Source of the DNA: Nitrospirota bacterium
Lineage (GTDB): Bacteria > Nitrospirota > UBA9217
Direction: 5' to 3'
Length of the DNA stretch: 64,000 nucleotides
NCBI GenBank assembly: GCA_037444505.1
Contig: JBBIMH010000013.1
Coordinates: 51,972 to 115,971, forward strand
The translations under genes were made by a program, and so were the position numbers. Position 1 is the stretch's first letter; each line of letters starts with the position of its first letter. Shown in pieces: positions 29,782 through 40,389 of this stretch. The notes beneath the pieces were generated by a model, which did no database searches, was not told the origin of the DNA, and saw only the letters and a program-made list of their open reading frames with translations.

Positions 29782-31413
29782 TCAGATCTCGCATACCATA
29801 TTTGCGATCTCTTTTGAGAAGGTCTCGTAATTGACGCTGTAGTCGATGGGGCATTCTATGACGGCAGGCCTTTTTTCATCGAATGCCTTGCAAAGGAGCT
29901 TCGAGAGATCGTCTCCCTCCTTAAGCTTCATCCCCAGGCATCCGAAGCTTTCTGCGTAGCGTGCGAAATCCGGATTGCCGTAGTCGAGGCAGAACGACGG
30001 AAAGCCTTTCGCCTGCTGCTCCCATTTGACGAATCCGTAGGAGTTGTCGTTCAGGATCAGGACGACGACCGGTATATTCCGTCTGAGTGCGGTCTCGAGC
30101 TCCTGCGAACTCATCATAAAGCCTCCGTCTCCGACCACTGCAAGCACCTTTTTGGCCGGATTGAGCATCTTCGCGGCGATCGCAGCAGGGAGCCCTGCTC
30201 CCATGGTTGCGAGTGCGTTGTCGAGCAGGAAGGTATTGGGCCTGAAGGTCTTGTACAGTCTCGAAAACCAGAGTTTGTAGATGCCATTGTCGAGGGTGAG
30301 GATGTCGTCTTCGGACAGTACATTACGCACATGCCAAACTACGTCCTGCGGCAGAGGAGGGTGCCTCTCGGTCGGGGATATGAACAGCTTCTTGATCAAA
30401 AACCGGCGGATGGACTCGAAGTAGGCGATGTCTTTCTTCTTTATCTTGGCTGACAGGGCCTGGAGCGCGGATGCTATGTCGCCTATGACCTCTACAGCGG
30501 GATTATAGTACCTGTCGCACTCCGCCTCGGTGAAGTCGATATGCACGATCTTCTTGTCGAGATTCCTGTTCCAAACATATGGAGGATATTCTACAACGCT
30601 GTAGCCGATCGTGATAACGAGGTCCGCGCGGTCTATGCCGCAGTTTACGTAATCGTGCCTGTGTATGCCTGTTGCAAACAGGCTTCGCTCTGACGCATCG
30701 CTGAGCACGCCTTTGCCCATCTGCGTGTGTACGGCATACAGTCCAGTTGCATCGAGAAACCCGGTTATCTCTCTCGTGACGAGGTTGCGGTTCGCACCGG
30801 AGCAGAGCATTACAAGAGGGTGCTTCGAATTGTTTATCAAAATCGCCGCCTGCTCAATTGCCCCATGATCAGGGACGGCTCTGCGGACAGAGCCCCTTTG
30901 CTGTATCTGCGCTGCTGTATCAGACTCAGCAACGTCCTCCGGAAGCTCTATGTGAACGGCACCCGGTCTCTCCGCCTGGCTCAGCTTGAATGCATTCCGT
31001 ACTACAGTGGGGATCGTGTCCGGATCCGAGATGGATACACTCTTCTTGACGATCGGCTTCATGAGGCCAACGACATCCACGAGCTGGAACCTGGCCTGCC
31101 AGTTGTGTCTCAAGGCCTTTTGGCCGGTGATAGCAACGAGCGGTGCGCCTACGAGCTGAGCATGTGCAATGCCTGTGACGAGATTGGTGGCGCCCGGGCC
31201 GAGTGTCGAGAAGCATACTCCCGCCCTGCGCGTGAGCCTTCCGTATGTGGCCGCCATGAAGGCTGCTGCCTGTTCGTGCCGAGTGATGATCACCTTTATC
31301 TTGGATGTACGGAGCGACTCGAGGAGGTCGAGCGTCTCTTCCCCCGGAAGGCCGAATATGTACTCAACCCCTTCTTCCTCGAGCTGTCTTACGAACAGGT
31401 CGGATGCCTTCAT
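29782..31413 (-). CDS. Thiamine-pyrophosphate enzyme of the acetolactate synthase large-subunit family
   Basis: N-terminal TPP-pyrimidine-binding domain (GVEYIFGLPGEETLDL..ITRHEQAAAFMA), FAD-type middle domain, C-terminal TPP-binding domain (GDGGFMM). Confidence 0.8.
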   Translation of the reverse strand: MKASDLFVRQLEEEGVEYIFGLPGEETLDLLESLRTSKIKVIITRHEQAAAFMAATYGRLTRRAGVCFSTLGPGATNLVTGIAHAQLVGAPLVAITGQKALRHNWQARFQLVDVVGLMKPIVKKSVSISDPDTIPTVVRNAFKLSQAERPGAVHIELPEDVAESDTAAQIQQRGSVRRAVPDHGAIEQAAILINNSKHPLVMLCSGANRNLVTREITGFLDATGLYAVHTQMGKGVLSDASERSLFATGIHRHDYVNCGIDRADLVITIGYSVVEYPPYVWNRNLDKKIVHIDFTEAECDRYYNPAVEVIGDIASALQALSAKIKKKDIAYFESIRRFLIKKLFISPTERHPPLPQDVVWHVRNVLSEDDILTLDNGIYKLWFSRLYKTFRPNTFLLDNALATMGAGLPAAIAAKMLNPAKKVLAVVGDGGFMMSSQELETALRRNIPVVVLILNDNSYGFVKWEQQAKGFPSFCLDYGNPDFARYAESFGCLGMKLKEGDDLSKLLCKAFDEKRPAVIECPIDYSVNYETFSKEIANMVCEI

Positions 31414-31498
31414 GCGCGATCAAGCCTCTCTGTGAAGTGATTATTCTTGATTCCCTGCACCTTCAACCATATCTGTTTCAGGCGGCCTGCCCTGCTTA

Positions 31499-32860
31499 CT
31501 ACTTCACCACCACACTCTTGATGTTCACGAACTCCTTGAGCCCGTAGTGGGAAAGTTCCCTTCCTATGCCTGACTTCTTGACGCCTCCAAACGGCAGTCT
31601 TGGATCAGACCTAACCATATCGTTGACCGCAATGAAGCCCGCCTCGATCCTCTTGGCGAGCCTCTCTGCACGCTCCGTGTCCCTGCTCCAGATCGCCGCC
31701 CCGAGTCCGTATTCGGTATCGTTCGCGACTCGCACCGCTTCATCTTCGTCTTTCACAGTGATTATCGGCGCGATCGGCCCGAATACCTCCTCTGTCATTA
31801 TCTTCATGCCGGGTTTAGGATTGAGCACGACAGCAGGCGGGAAGAAGTAACCCTTCTTAGAGGCGTATTCGAGCCGGATGACCTGGCCTCCCTTCGCCTG
31901 GGCATCGCGGAGCTGCTCCCTCAAAGTATTGAGTATCTCCCTCTTCGCCACAGGCCCGATATCGGTTGTCTCGTCCATCGGGTCCCCGATCTTGAGCTCT
32001 TTGAGCTGCTCTATGAAGTGTTTCTTGAATTCCTCTGCGACAGACTCCATCACGATGAACCGCTTTGCAGCGATGCAGCTCTGGCCCGTGTTTATCATGC
32101 GCGCCCTGGCGGCCGTCCTCGCGGCCTTTTCTATGTCCGCATCATCAAGCACGATGAATGCGTCGGATCCGCCGAGCTCGAGCACAAAGGGCTTTATCCT
32201 GCCGCCCGCCGCGGCGCCCACCTGCTCGCCGGCCTTGTTGCTCCCTGTAAGAGAGACCGCGTCCACCTTGTCCTCATCCACAAGCCTCAAGGCCATTTCC
32301 GGATCGATCAACACTGTCTTCATCACGTTCTCCGGGAAGCCTGCCGAGCGGAACGCCTCCTCGATTGCTATGGCCGTCGTCGGCACGTTCGAGGCATGTT
32401 TGAGGAGCACGACATTGCCTGCCGCCACCGCGGGCACCCCGAATCTGAACGCCTGCCAGAACGGGAAGTTCCAGGGCATGATCGCAAGCACTACCCCCAG
32501 AGGTTCAAATGCGACATAACTCCTCTTCGCCTCGGTCTGAACATTTTCAGGAGCGAGAAACCTCTCTGCGTTGTCAGCATAATAGTCGCAGAGCCATGCG
32601 CATTTCTCTATCTCCGCCAGGGAGTCCTTTATGGGCTTGCCCATCTCCTTTGTGATGAGCTCTGCATACCTTCTCTTCTCGGTCCGAAGGTGCTCCCCAA
32701 GCCTTTTTACGAGCCCTGCCCTCTCGGCTATGGACGTGTCCCGCCATGCGTTGAACGCCGTGCGCGAGGATTCGATTATCATATCCAGCTCGCGCTGTCT
32801 GAGAAGCGGATACTCTTTCATCACCTCTTCTGTATATGGATTTACGGACTGAATCTTCAT
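31499..32860 (-). CDS. NAD(P)-dependent aldehyde dehydrogenase (succinate-semialdehyde dehydrogenase-like)
   Basis: ALDH motifs (PWNFPFWQ, GQSCIAAKRF, ELGGSDAF). The start was chosen at MKIQSVNPY, because the longer ORF would overlap citrate synthase. Confidence 0.85.
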   Translation of the reverse strand: MKIQSVNPYTEEVMKEYPLLRQRELDMIIESSRTAFNAWRDTSIAERAGLVKRLGEHLRTEKRRYAELITKEMGKPIKDSLAEIEKCAWLCDYYADNAERFLAPENVQTEAKRSYVAFEPLGVVLAIMPWNFPFWQAFRFGVPAVAAGNVVLLKHASNVPTTAIAIEEAFRSAGFPENVMKTVLIDPEMALRLVDEDKVDAVSLTGSNKAGEQVGAAAGGRIKPFVLELGGSDAFIVLDDADIEKAARTAARARMINTGQSCIAAKRFIVMESVAEEFKKHFIEQLKELKIGDPMDETTDIGPVAKREILNTLREQLRDAQAKGGQVIRLEYASKKGYFFPPAVVLNPKPGMKIMTEEVFGPIAPIITVKDEDEAVRVANDTEYGLGAAIWSRDTERAERLAKRIEAGFIAVNDMVRSDPRLPFGGVKKSGIGRELSHYGLKEFVNIKSVVVK

Positions 32861-32988
32861 CAGTCTTGCTGTATGTCTTATAGCCCTTGTTCTCATCTTA
32901 TTCACCCCCTTTTCCGCTGTGGGCGGCGACTTCCGCGCCGCAAAACCTTTTTTTCTCATACCCTCACCCTTCCTCCAAGCCGATCTAA

Positions 32989-34209
32989 TCATCTTTTGTC
33001 GACAGGGACGTAAACGCAACCCGTCTTTCCGCAATAGTTGCCTATGTAATCGGACAGGGGCCTGTACAGCGCAGGCTTCTCCTGCGCGTCTCCGAATTTC
33101 TCTTCGATGATATGGGCTGTCCAGCCGGCGACCCTGGCGACGGCGAAGACCGGCGTCATCAGATCAGCCGGGATACCCATCATATAATATACAGGCGCGC
33201 TGTAGAAGTCCACATTCGGCTTTATGCCGCTTTTGCCCCGCCTCTCGAATTCCAAGACAGCAGCCTGCTCCACCTCTCCAAGAATGCGGCACCATCGGGA
33301 CTGGCCGGTCTTCATACCCAGCCTCATGCACATCTCCTTCAGGAACTTCGCCCTCGGGTCGGTAGTCTTATATACGGCATGGCCCATACCCATTATCTTC
33401 CTGCCGCTATCGAGCTCCCTCCTCACCCAGGCAGATATATTCTCCTCGCCGTCAAGCTCGAATATCATCTTCATCACCTCTTTATTGGCACCCCCATGCA
33501 GGCTGCCGGAGAGGGCGCCCACCGCAGCTGCAACGCCTGCGTACATGTGTGCCCTTGTAGAGACCACCTCCCTTGCCGCGAAAGTCGAGGGATTGAATGT
33601 ATGGTCTGCATGGAGCACAAGACAGGTGTCGAGGTCGCGTGCGGTCTCCGCGTCCGGATGAACGCCGTGAAGCATCCAGAGGAAGTTCGCAGCATGGGAC
33701 AGATTCTCATCCGGAGGTACCGGATCGAACCCCTGCCTTATCCTGTGCCAGGCCGCCACCATCACAGCCGTGCGGGAGATGAGATTTGCCGCCTTTTTGA
33801 GATTGCCCTCTCTCGATTCGTCCGAAAGTTCGGGATCTATGGTCGCGAGAAGCGGCACAGCCGCCTGCAGCACATCCATCGGGCCGCTCTCTTTCGGGAG
33901 TTTCTTGAGTACCTCGAATACGAATCCAGACAGAGACCGAGCTTCGACCAGCCTCGCCCTGAATTCCTCGAGCTCTTTATCCGACGGCAGTTTGTCGTGA
34001 AGCAGCAGATACGCTGTCTCCTCGAAGCCGGAATTAACTGCAAGGTCTTCTATCCTGTAGCCTCGGTATATCAATATGCCGCTCTCGCCGTCTATGTGGC
34101 TTATTTTTGTATCGGCCACAGTCACGCCGCGCAGGCCTATGTTCTTGACTTTTATGGCCCCTCCCGGCCGCTGACCTGTTTGCCCTTTTATATCCACATT
34201 CACCGCCAT
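32989..34209 (-). CDS. Citrate synthase
   Basis: LVLHADHTFNPSTFAAREVVSTRAHMY and GALSGSLHGGANKEVMKM catalytic regions. Confidence 0.85.
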   Translation of the reverse strand: MAVNVDIKGQTGQRPGGAIKVKNIGLRGVTVADTKISHIDGESGILIYRGYRIEDLAVNSGFEETAYLLLHDKLPSDKELEEFRARLVEARSLSGFVFEVLKKLPKESGPMDVLQAAVPLLATIDPELSDESREGNLKKAANLISRTAVMVAAWHRIRQGFDPVPPDENLSHAANFLWMLHGVHPDAETARDLDTCLVLHADHTFNPSTFAAREVVSTRAHMYAGVAAAVGALSGSLHGGANKEVMKMIFELDGEENISAWVRRELDSGRKIMGMGHAVYKTTDPRAKFLKEMCMRLGMKTGQSRWCRILGEVEQAAVLEFERRGKSGIKPNVDFYSAPVYYMMGIPADLMTPVFAVARVAGWTAHIIEEKFGDAQEKPALYRPLSDYIGNYCGKTGCVYVPVDKR

Positions 34210-34255
34210 GACACAGCTCCTTTCCGACTACACGGGCCTCTCCGGCATTTTCAGA

Positions 34256-36199
34256 TCACGCCGCCTTCTTGATCTCTTCTTTGATGTAATTCAGCGTCCC
34301 TCCTGCAAGAAGATGTCTGCGCTGTCTTTCGGAGACATCGAGCAACGTAATAATAATCCGCCCATCAACAACAACCGGAATCTCCCCCTCACCCTTCTCT
34401 ATGCGGGCCTTGAGATCCGAGAATTCCATCTTCATACCGGGCTCTATCCTGTCATAGTCTTCGGGGTACTTGAATGTAAGTGGAAGTATTCCGAAGTTGA
34501 TGAGATTGGCCCTGTGTATGCGTGCAAAGCTCTTTGCAATCTTGACCCTGACGCCGAGATATCGGGGCGCAAGCGCTGCGTGCTCGCGGCTCGAGCCCTG
34601 GCCGTAGTTCTCTCCGCCGATTATGACCGCATTTCCCGCAGCCCTGCACCTTCTCGGAAACTCAGGGTCTATCTGGGTATACACGAATCCGCTTATCGCC
34701 TCTATGTTGGATCTGAACGGAAGCACCTCGTTTCCTGCAGGCATTATCGTATCCGTGGATATATTGTCGCCCACCTTGAGCACAACCTTCGCAGTCAAAA
34801 TATCAGGAAGTGGATCAAGCACAGGAAGGGGCTTGATATTGGGTCCACGGATTATCGCGGTCTTTCGACCTTCTTCTGAGGGGAATATGATGGAGCGTTC
34901 ATCGATGAGGTATCTCTGCGGGTCTGTGATCTCTGGGTACTCCATCTCTTTGGACAGCTCGCGCGGATCAGTGATGACCCCTTTTATCGCCGATGCAGCA
35001 GCGGTCTCGGGCGAGCAGAGATATATGCGATCGTCCTTCGTGCCTGATCTTCCCGGGAAATTGCGCGGAAACGTCCTCAGGCTCACCCAACCCGAGCCGG
35101 GGGCCTGGCCCATGCCGATGCAGCCCTGGCAACCCGGCTCATGAACCCTCGCGCCGGCCATGAGAAAGGACAACAGCCCGTTCTGTCTCGCCACGTTCTC
35201 GAGGACCTGTCTGCTGCCTGGATTGATATGAAAATGGACATCAGGATGCGCATGCCTGCCTTCCACTATTTTCGCCGTCATCATCAGATCTCGGAAGGAT
35301 GAATTCACACTGCTTCCCACTATCACCTGGTCCACCTTCATACCTGCGACCTCGCGCACAGGCACCACATTTCCAGGAGACGGCGGAAGCGCGATGAGCG
35401 GCTCCAGCCCGGACAGGTCTATTTCATCGTATTCATCATATTCAGCGTCTTCATCAGCCTTCAACTCGATCCATACATGCCCCCTGCCCTGGGCCTTAAG
35501 GTATTCCCTTGTCCTCTCATCAGACGGGAATATGGTGCTTGTCGCACCCAGCTCGGCACCCATGTTGCCGATGGTCTCCCTGTCCGTAGCAGACAGATTC
35601 GCTACGCCCGGGCCGTAATACTCGATGATCTTGCCGAGGCCGCCTTTCACGCCATGCCTCCTAAGCATTTCGAGTATAACGTCCTTGGCGCTCACCCAGT
35701 CGGGCAATTTCCCCACCAGCTTCACACCCAGCACCTTCGGGCATTCGAGACGATAAGGATAGCCCGCCATGGCCAGCGCGACATCCAGACCTCCTGCGCC
35801 GATCCCCAGCATAGAGACGCCTGCCGCACCCGTCGTATGGCTGTCCGCCCCGAGCAATATCTTTCCTGGCACGCCGAACCGCTCCATATGCACCTGATGA
35901 GACACGCCGTTTCCCGGACTGCTGAAGTGGATGCCGAATCGAGCGGAGGCGGTCTGGAGGAACCTGTGATCGTCGGCGTTCTTGTTGTCGGTCTGAAGAA
36001 GATTATGGTCCACGTACTGGACCGCCGTCTCCACCTTGACACACTCGATGCCCAAGGCCTCGAATTCGAGCAGGGCAAGCGTGCCGGTCGCGTCTTGCAG
36101 CAGGGTCTGGTCTATCCTTATTCCTATCTCCCTGCCGGGGACAAGCTCTCCCTCCACGAGATGCGACTCGAGGATCTTATATGCGAGATTCTTCGGCAT
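34256..36199 (-). CDS. Aconitate hydratase (aconitase-family, about 650-aa fused form)
   Basis: GADSHTT, Fe-S ligand region CQGCIGMGQAP, and a C-terminal swivel domain. Confidence 0.85.
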   Translation of the reverse strand: MPKNLAYKILESHLVEGELVPGREIGIRIDQTLLQDATGTLALLEFEALGIECVKVETAVQYVDHNLLQTDNKNADDHRFLQTASARFGIHFSSPGNGVSHQVHMERFGVPGKILLGADSHTTGAAGVSMLGIGAGGLDVALAMAGYPYRLECPKVLGVKLVGKLPDWVSAKDVILEMLRRHGVKGGLGKIIEYYGPGVANLSATDRETIGNMGAELGATSTIFPSDERTREYLKAQGRGHVWIELKADEDAEYDEYDEIDLSGLEPLIALPPSPGNVVPVREVAGMKVDQVIVGSSVNSSFRDLMMTAKIVEGRHAHPDVHFHINPGSRQVLENVARQNGLLSFLMAGARVHEPGCQGCIGMGQAPGSGWVSLRTFPRNFPGRSGTKDDRIYLCSPETAAASAIKGVITDPRELSKEMEYPEITDPQRYLIDERSIIFPSEEGRKTAIIRGPNIKPLPVLDPLPDILTAKVVLKVGDNISTDTIMPAGNEVLPFRSNIEAISGFVYTQIDPEFPRRCRAAGNAVIIGGENYGQGSSREHAALAPRYLGVRVKIAKSFARIHRANLINFGILPLTFKYPEDYDRIEPGMKMEFSDLKARIEKGEGEIPVVVDGRIIITLLDVSERQRRHLLAGGTLNYIKEEIKKAA

Positions 36200-36414
36200 A
36201 CTACCCCCTAATCAGGAGTACAAAAGTCTTATTTTATTTCGCGCTTTTTTCTCTCTTGTATCCGTAATTATTATTTTATCACTACAGACCGGATTGTCAA
36301 TTGACCCTAAAGGTGTAGGCAGGGCGAATGGGCAATAAATCAGCCGGAAACCCACAAGTCACGAAAGGAAGAGTCAAAGAAGACGGCTTGACCCGGGACG
36401 GCGTAAGATGCGGA

Positions 36415-37026
36415 TCAGTCCCCGTCTGTGATGATCTTTCGCACCCGGAGAAACTCCCTGTTCTTCATCGAATCAAGGGACATTCTCGCGAGCTCGAGCA
36501 CATTTCTGTATATGGCGAAATTCTCCGCAAGCTCCTTGAAGATGTCGCCTTGTGTATACTCCGCCGCCAGACTGTAGGAGCGCCTGCCCTGGAGCTGGTA
36601 GTGCTCGAAAAGGGTGGAACCAGGGACTATGAGGCTTCCGAGTATGAACTCCTTTCCGCGCTTTCTGAACAAGGCCATGGGAAACATTCCGAGCATGAAG
36701 AGGGTATAGTCTCCGATATGCTTGTGCACCTGGAACTCTCGGTCCACCTCGGCGTCCCTGGGGCGCACATCTCCTTCGGCGAGCATATCGGCTATGTCTT
36801 CTAAGTTCCGGCCGAGGGAGTCTTTTATCTTATACAGGTTGTCTGTATGTATGAACTCGCAAAGTATATGCTCCTCGATGTACTCGCCTGCCTCCGGCTT
36901 GGATTGGGGATTCGCGCGCAGCCCGAACTCAAGCGCACGCCTGAAAAGCCTTCTTAGGGGATGTTCCGGTCTGATCTCCGCCCTTCTCACCATAAAACGC
37001 ACCTCCTTGACGAGAAGGTTTTTCAA
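36415..37026 (-). CDS. Hypothetical protein (203 aa)
   Basis: ORF with no recognised family. Start uncertain (MVRRAEI alternative). Confidence 0.35.
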   Translation of the reverse strand: MKNLLVKEVRFMVRRAEIRPEHPLRRLFRRALEFGLRANPQSKPEAGEYIEEHILCEFIHTDNLYKIKDSLGRNLEDIADMLAEGDVRPRDAEVDREFQVHKHIGDYTLFMLGMFPMALFRKRGKEFILGSLIVPGSTLFEHYQLQGRRSYSLAAEYTQGDIFKELAENFAIYRNVLELARMSLDSMKNREFLRVRKIITDGD

Positions 37027-37373
37027 TGGTCATTTTACCGCAAGCAGGCGGCCGTGTCAAACCAGCATGGGTGCATCCAAAGATTGTTTTTCAAGCGCCG
37101 GCCTTGTCTTAATCTGAGCGAATGATCCGACAGATGAGACAACGCTTGATCGCATAGGCCGTGGATAGCTATGTGGATCTATAACCCAATATCGTCCACT
37201 GTATGCGGCTTCATAATTCGACGATCAGTATAGTCACGAAGGCCGGGAAACAGTACCCAAACGGCAACACCTGATCACCATCTGTAAATCGTTAGAGACG
37301 ACGCTGCCTTTGCCCCGCGGGCCGGGTTATTCCAACTTAGAATGGACGTTTTAAGGACACGTACTATGGGAGG

Positions 37374-38213
37374 CTACGACAATTTTCTGATGCCATTCTT
37401 GCAGATCGGCTCTCTCTGCTCCATACGCCGTTTAAGTATCGAAAGATTATGCTGGTACTTATCATTATTAAAGCTCCAAGTAGAACCGTGCCAGAGATGA
37501 AATACAATCGCGAGCCCCCTTACGCTCTTGAGCTGTCCGCCGTAATTCTGCACGCGCACCCCGATATCGTTATCCTCTATGGATCCGTCAACAAAATCTT
37601 CGTCGCAACCGTTAATTGCGATAAACAGGTCTTTGTACAGGCTGAAATTGCAACCCCAAAGACCGTCTTTAGGAATACGGTCTCGATGCATCAGGCGTCT
37701 CAACATGGCGCTTTTGATAGGTATCGCCTCTAATACACGACGTGAATGAAATGGGTCCTTGCTCATGGAGCTTATCAGCAGGCGAAGATTTATGTTATTC
37801 ATTACTTCATCTCTTTGGATAAGTCGGTCGGTCAATGCCTTGCCTATCTCGACACGTCTACCGCACAGAGCGACATCAGGCGAGGAATGCCTGATATGGC
37901 TTGAGATAAAATCCCTGTGCGCCATGCAATCGCCATCTATAAAAATAAGATAATCCCCGGACGCCTGCACGACCGCCTTGTTGATAATATGCGGTTTTCT
38001 AAAACCAATGTCTTCCTGCCACACATGGACTATACCAAAATGTTTCTCTGCGGCCGCCTGCATTTCCTTGACCACTGCCTCAGTTTCCGAACCGCTGCCA
38101 TCATCGGCGATAACGACTTCATTTGGGGGCACACTTTGCTGCATCAATGATTTTATGCATAATTTAAGTGCATGCGGCCGATTATATGTAGGGACAATTA
38201 CGCTTATTTTCAA
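37374..38213 (-). CDS. Family-2 glycosyltransferase
   Basis: ISVIVPTYNRPHAL...IADDGS.. and DGD motif (IFIDGDCM). Noticeably AT-richer than the flanks. Confidence 0.75.
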   Translation of the reverse strand: MKISVIVPTYNRPHALKLCIKSLMQQSVPPNEVVIADDGSGSETEAVVKEMQAAAEKHFGIVHVWQEDIGFRKPHIINKAVVQASGDYLIFIDGDCMAHRDFISSHIRHSSPDVALCGRRVEIGKALTDRLIQRDEVMNNINLRLLISSMSKDPFHSRRVLEAIPIKSAMLRRLMHRDRIPKDGLWGCNFSLYKDLFIAINGCDEDFVDGSIEDNDIGVRVQNYGGQLKSVRGLAIVFHLWHGSTWSFNNDKYQHNLSILKRRMEQREPICKNGIRKLS

Positions 38214-38296
38214 AATACCTCCTCAAAAACCACGATGGCATTTGAGCCTGCAGTAAACAAAAGCATGGAATTATACCCATGTTAATATACGACAAA

Positions 38297-38383
38297 CTCG
38301 TAAAAAAGCTTTTCACCGCAGAGCGCAAAGATTTTGAATAGGTTCTCTCCGCGCACTCAGTGGTAAATTCGGCTTTTTACGAA
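38297..38383. repeat. Palindromic MITE/REP-like intergenic repeat, copy 2
   Basis: ctcgtaaaaaagcttttcaccgcagag ... ggtaaattcggctttttacga. Confidence 0.6.
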
Positions 38384-38588
38384 TGCATCATACATAATAC
38401 CTTTTCAGAGAATGAGACATCATCCATAGTACCGCCGCTTATAGACCTGAATGGTTGAACAAACCCTTTTATCAAAAACCCTTCCCGCATCATAATATGC
38501 CGTGTCGAATTCTCATCGAGGGAAAGGTCTAAAAGCCTTCTACAAGAAAAAAGTGGAGACCAAACAGTCACAGCTGCATTTGAACAAA

Positions 38589-39194
38589 TTATCTTTCACG
38601 CACAATGCCTTTCTCAACCAGAAGGCGCAATACCATATCAGTGGCTTGTTCGATTGACACCGTATTAGTCTCTATAACCAGATCCGGCACATGCGGTTCT
38701 TCGTATAAAGATGATATCCCCGTAAAATTACTGATCTCTCCTTTCAAGGCCTTTCGATAAAGGCCCTTCACATCGCGTCGTTGGCATATATTTATTGGAC
38801 ACTTGCAATATATCTCTAAAAAATCCAGCTCTCCAAGCAAACGACGCACCCATAACCTATCTGAACGAAATGGCGAAATAAACGCGGTCATGATGATCAT
38901 GCCCGCATCGACAAATAGCTTCGCCACCTCTCCAATGCGCCTGATGTTCTCAGTGCGGTCATTATCGGAAAATCCTAAGTCCGAGCACAAGCCATGGCGG
39001 ACATTATCTCCGTCCAATACATAAGTCCTATACCCCATCGAGTAAAGCTTCTCCTCAGTAACATGGGCAATAGTTGATTTCCCTGAACCGGATAAGCCCG
39101 TGAACCACAAACATACGCTTTTGTGACCGTTGATCGCCTCTCTATGGCTACGATTGACTGTGGCATGATGCCAATGAACATTATTATTTTTCAT
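38589..39194 (-). CDS. cysC: Adenylyl-sulfate (APS) kinase
   Basis: WFTGLSGSGKSTIA..LDGDNVRHGL..DNDRTENIRR is canonical CysC. The start was chosen at MKNNNVHWH. Confidence 0.85.
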   Translation of the reverse strand: MKNNNVHWHHATVNRSHREAINGHKSVCLWFTGLSGSGKSTIAHVTEEKLYSMGYRTYVLDGDNVRHGLCSDLGFSDNDRTENIRRIGEVAKLFVDAGMIIMTAFISPFRSDRLWVRRLLGELDFLEIYCKCPINICQRRDVKGLYRKALKGEISNFTGISSLYEEPHVPDLVIETNTVSIEQATDMVLRLLVEKGIVRER

Positions 39195-39262
39195 CACACG
39201 CATAAACTCTCCAACATCTCTTTGGAGTAAGCTAAATATCTGCATTAAACTACCGCATCAAT

Positions 39263-39964
39263 CTATCCTATTGGCACATGAACAATTCCAATCCCATAAC
39301 CCGTCTGATTCGGATCGTGTATAAACTCCTCAGTCTGCACTTCTTTTTTCAGTTCCTGCCAAAAATAATAAACCTGATTTGTTGAAAGATGCTGTTTCTT
39401 TATAATATCATGAAAGGCGATTATCCCCCCGGGGCGCACAAATCTTTTATAAGCGTGATAGTCTGCGGCAACTCCGCTCTCTGAGTGATCGCCGTCGATG
39501 AACAAAAAATCGACGCGCTTTCCGTTTAATTGCATAGCGACCTGCTCTTTCATCGCATCTGTATGCGAATCTCCAGTAAGAAGGGTAACACGACACCCAG
39601 ATGATGGCGGAGGGAATGATTTATACAGAAGAGCAGCAAGGCCCTTGTTTTCAATATCACAGCTGATCACGCGCTCGGTTGCAAGATGCGACCAAATGAA
39701 AAGGGTGCCGCCATAGGCCGTGCCTATTTCCAAAATAGTGCGAGGCTTCAAACTTTCAACAGCCCTGGCCAAGGCTACTATCTCTGAATATATTTGCATT
39801 GTTCTTACCTTAAAATATCCGTGTCCGCCGAATGTCAGCGACATATTTACAATCTCTTCTATCGTCCTCTGTTTGCTGTGAAACTGTTTGAGCTTTCTAA
39901 AAGACTGGAATGCATTGAAGGGCGCCCCTAAAACATATTCTATTTTCCTGACAACCTTACTCAT
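39263..39964 (-). CDS. Class I SAM-dependent methyltransferase (CmcI/TylF-like sugar or small-molecule O-methyltransferase fold)
   Basis: ILEIGTAYGGTLF SAM motif I, DFLFIDGDH, IIAFHDI. Confidence 0.7.
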   Translation of the reverse strand: MSKVVRKIEYVLGAPFNAFQSFRKLKQFHSKQRTIEEIVNMSLTFGGHGYFKVRTMQIYSEIVALARAVESLKPRTILEIGTAYGGTLFIWSHLATERVISCDIENKGLAALLYKSFPPPSSGCRVTLLTGDSHTDAMKEQVAMQLNGKRVDFLFIDGDHSESGVAADYHAYKRFVRPGGIIAFHDIIKKQHLSTNQVYYFWQELKKEVQTEEFIHDPNQTGYGIGIVHVPIG

Positions 39965-40261
39965 TAATTAACCTCTGCAATAATTATCGAAGGTAGTTTA
40001 TTTCATCACGCATTGAACTTCAGAGCAAGTTTTCAGGCCGCCGCTTTAGCGCAACGGGCGGTACTGATTTTGGAAGTCACTTCACATGCGCAATTCAGTG
40101 AGTGTCTTGTCGTACAATCTGCGCGGAGCGTTCTTTTTCACGCCCATTTATATCATATATTTATGCCTATATCAACACGATTTTACTAAGATTAGCACTC
40201 TAAGCAATCTACGTCTCTGTTTTAATCTTCCCTGTCTTTTTCTTATTTCAATCTTGATGAA

Positions 40262-40370
40262 CTCGTAAAAAGTCCCATTTCACCGCAGAGGCCGCCGAGA
40301 TCGCCGAGAAAGGCTCTGAATGAAAACGCATTTTTTCTGCGTGCTCGGCGGTAAGGTTGACTTCTTACGA
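40262..40370. repeat. Palindromic MITE/REP-like intergenic repeat, copy 3 (right end diverged)
   Basis: ctcgtaaaaagtcccatttcaccgcagag...ggcggtaaggttgacttcttacga. Tandem with copy 4, including the flank caatcttgatg. Confidence 0.55.
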
Positions 40371-40389
40371 TGCCATCAATCTTGATGCA

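Noticed and set aside
32861-33034. N-terminal extension of the aldehyde dehydrogenase ORF
   Set aside because: Would overlap the citrate synthase 3' end by 45 nt. The sequence is Arg-rich junk and the conserved ALDH N-terminus begins at MKIQSVNPY.
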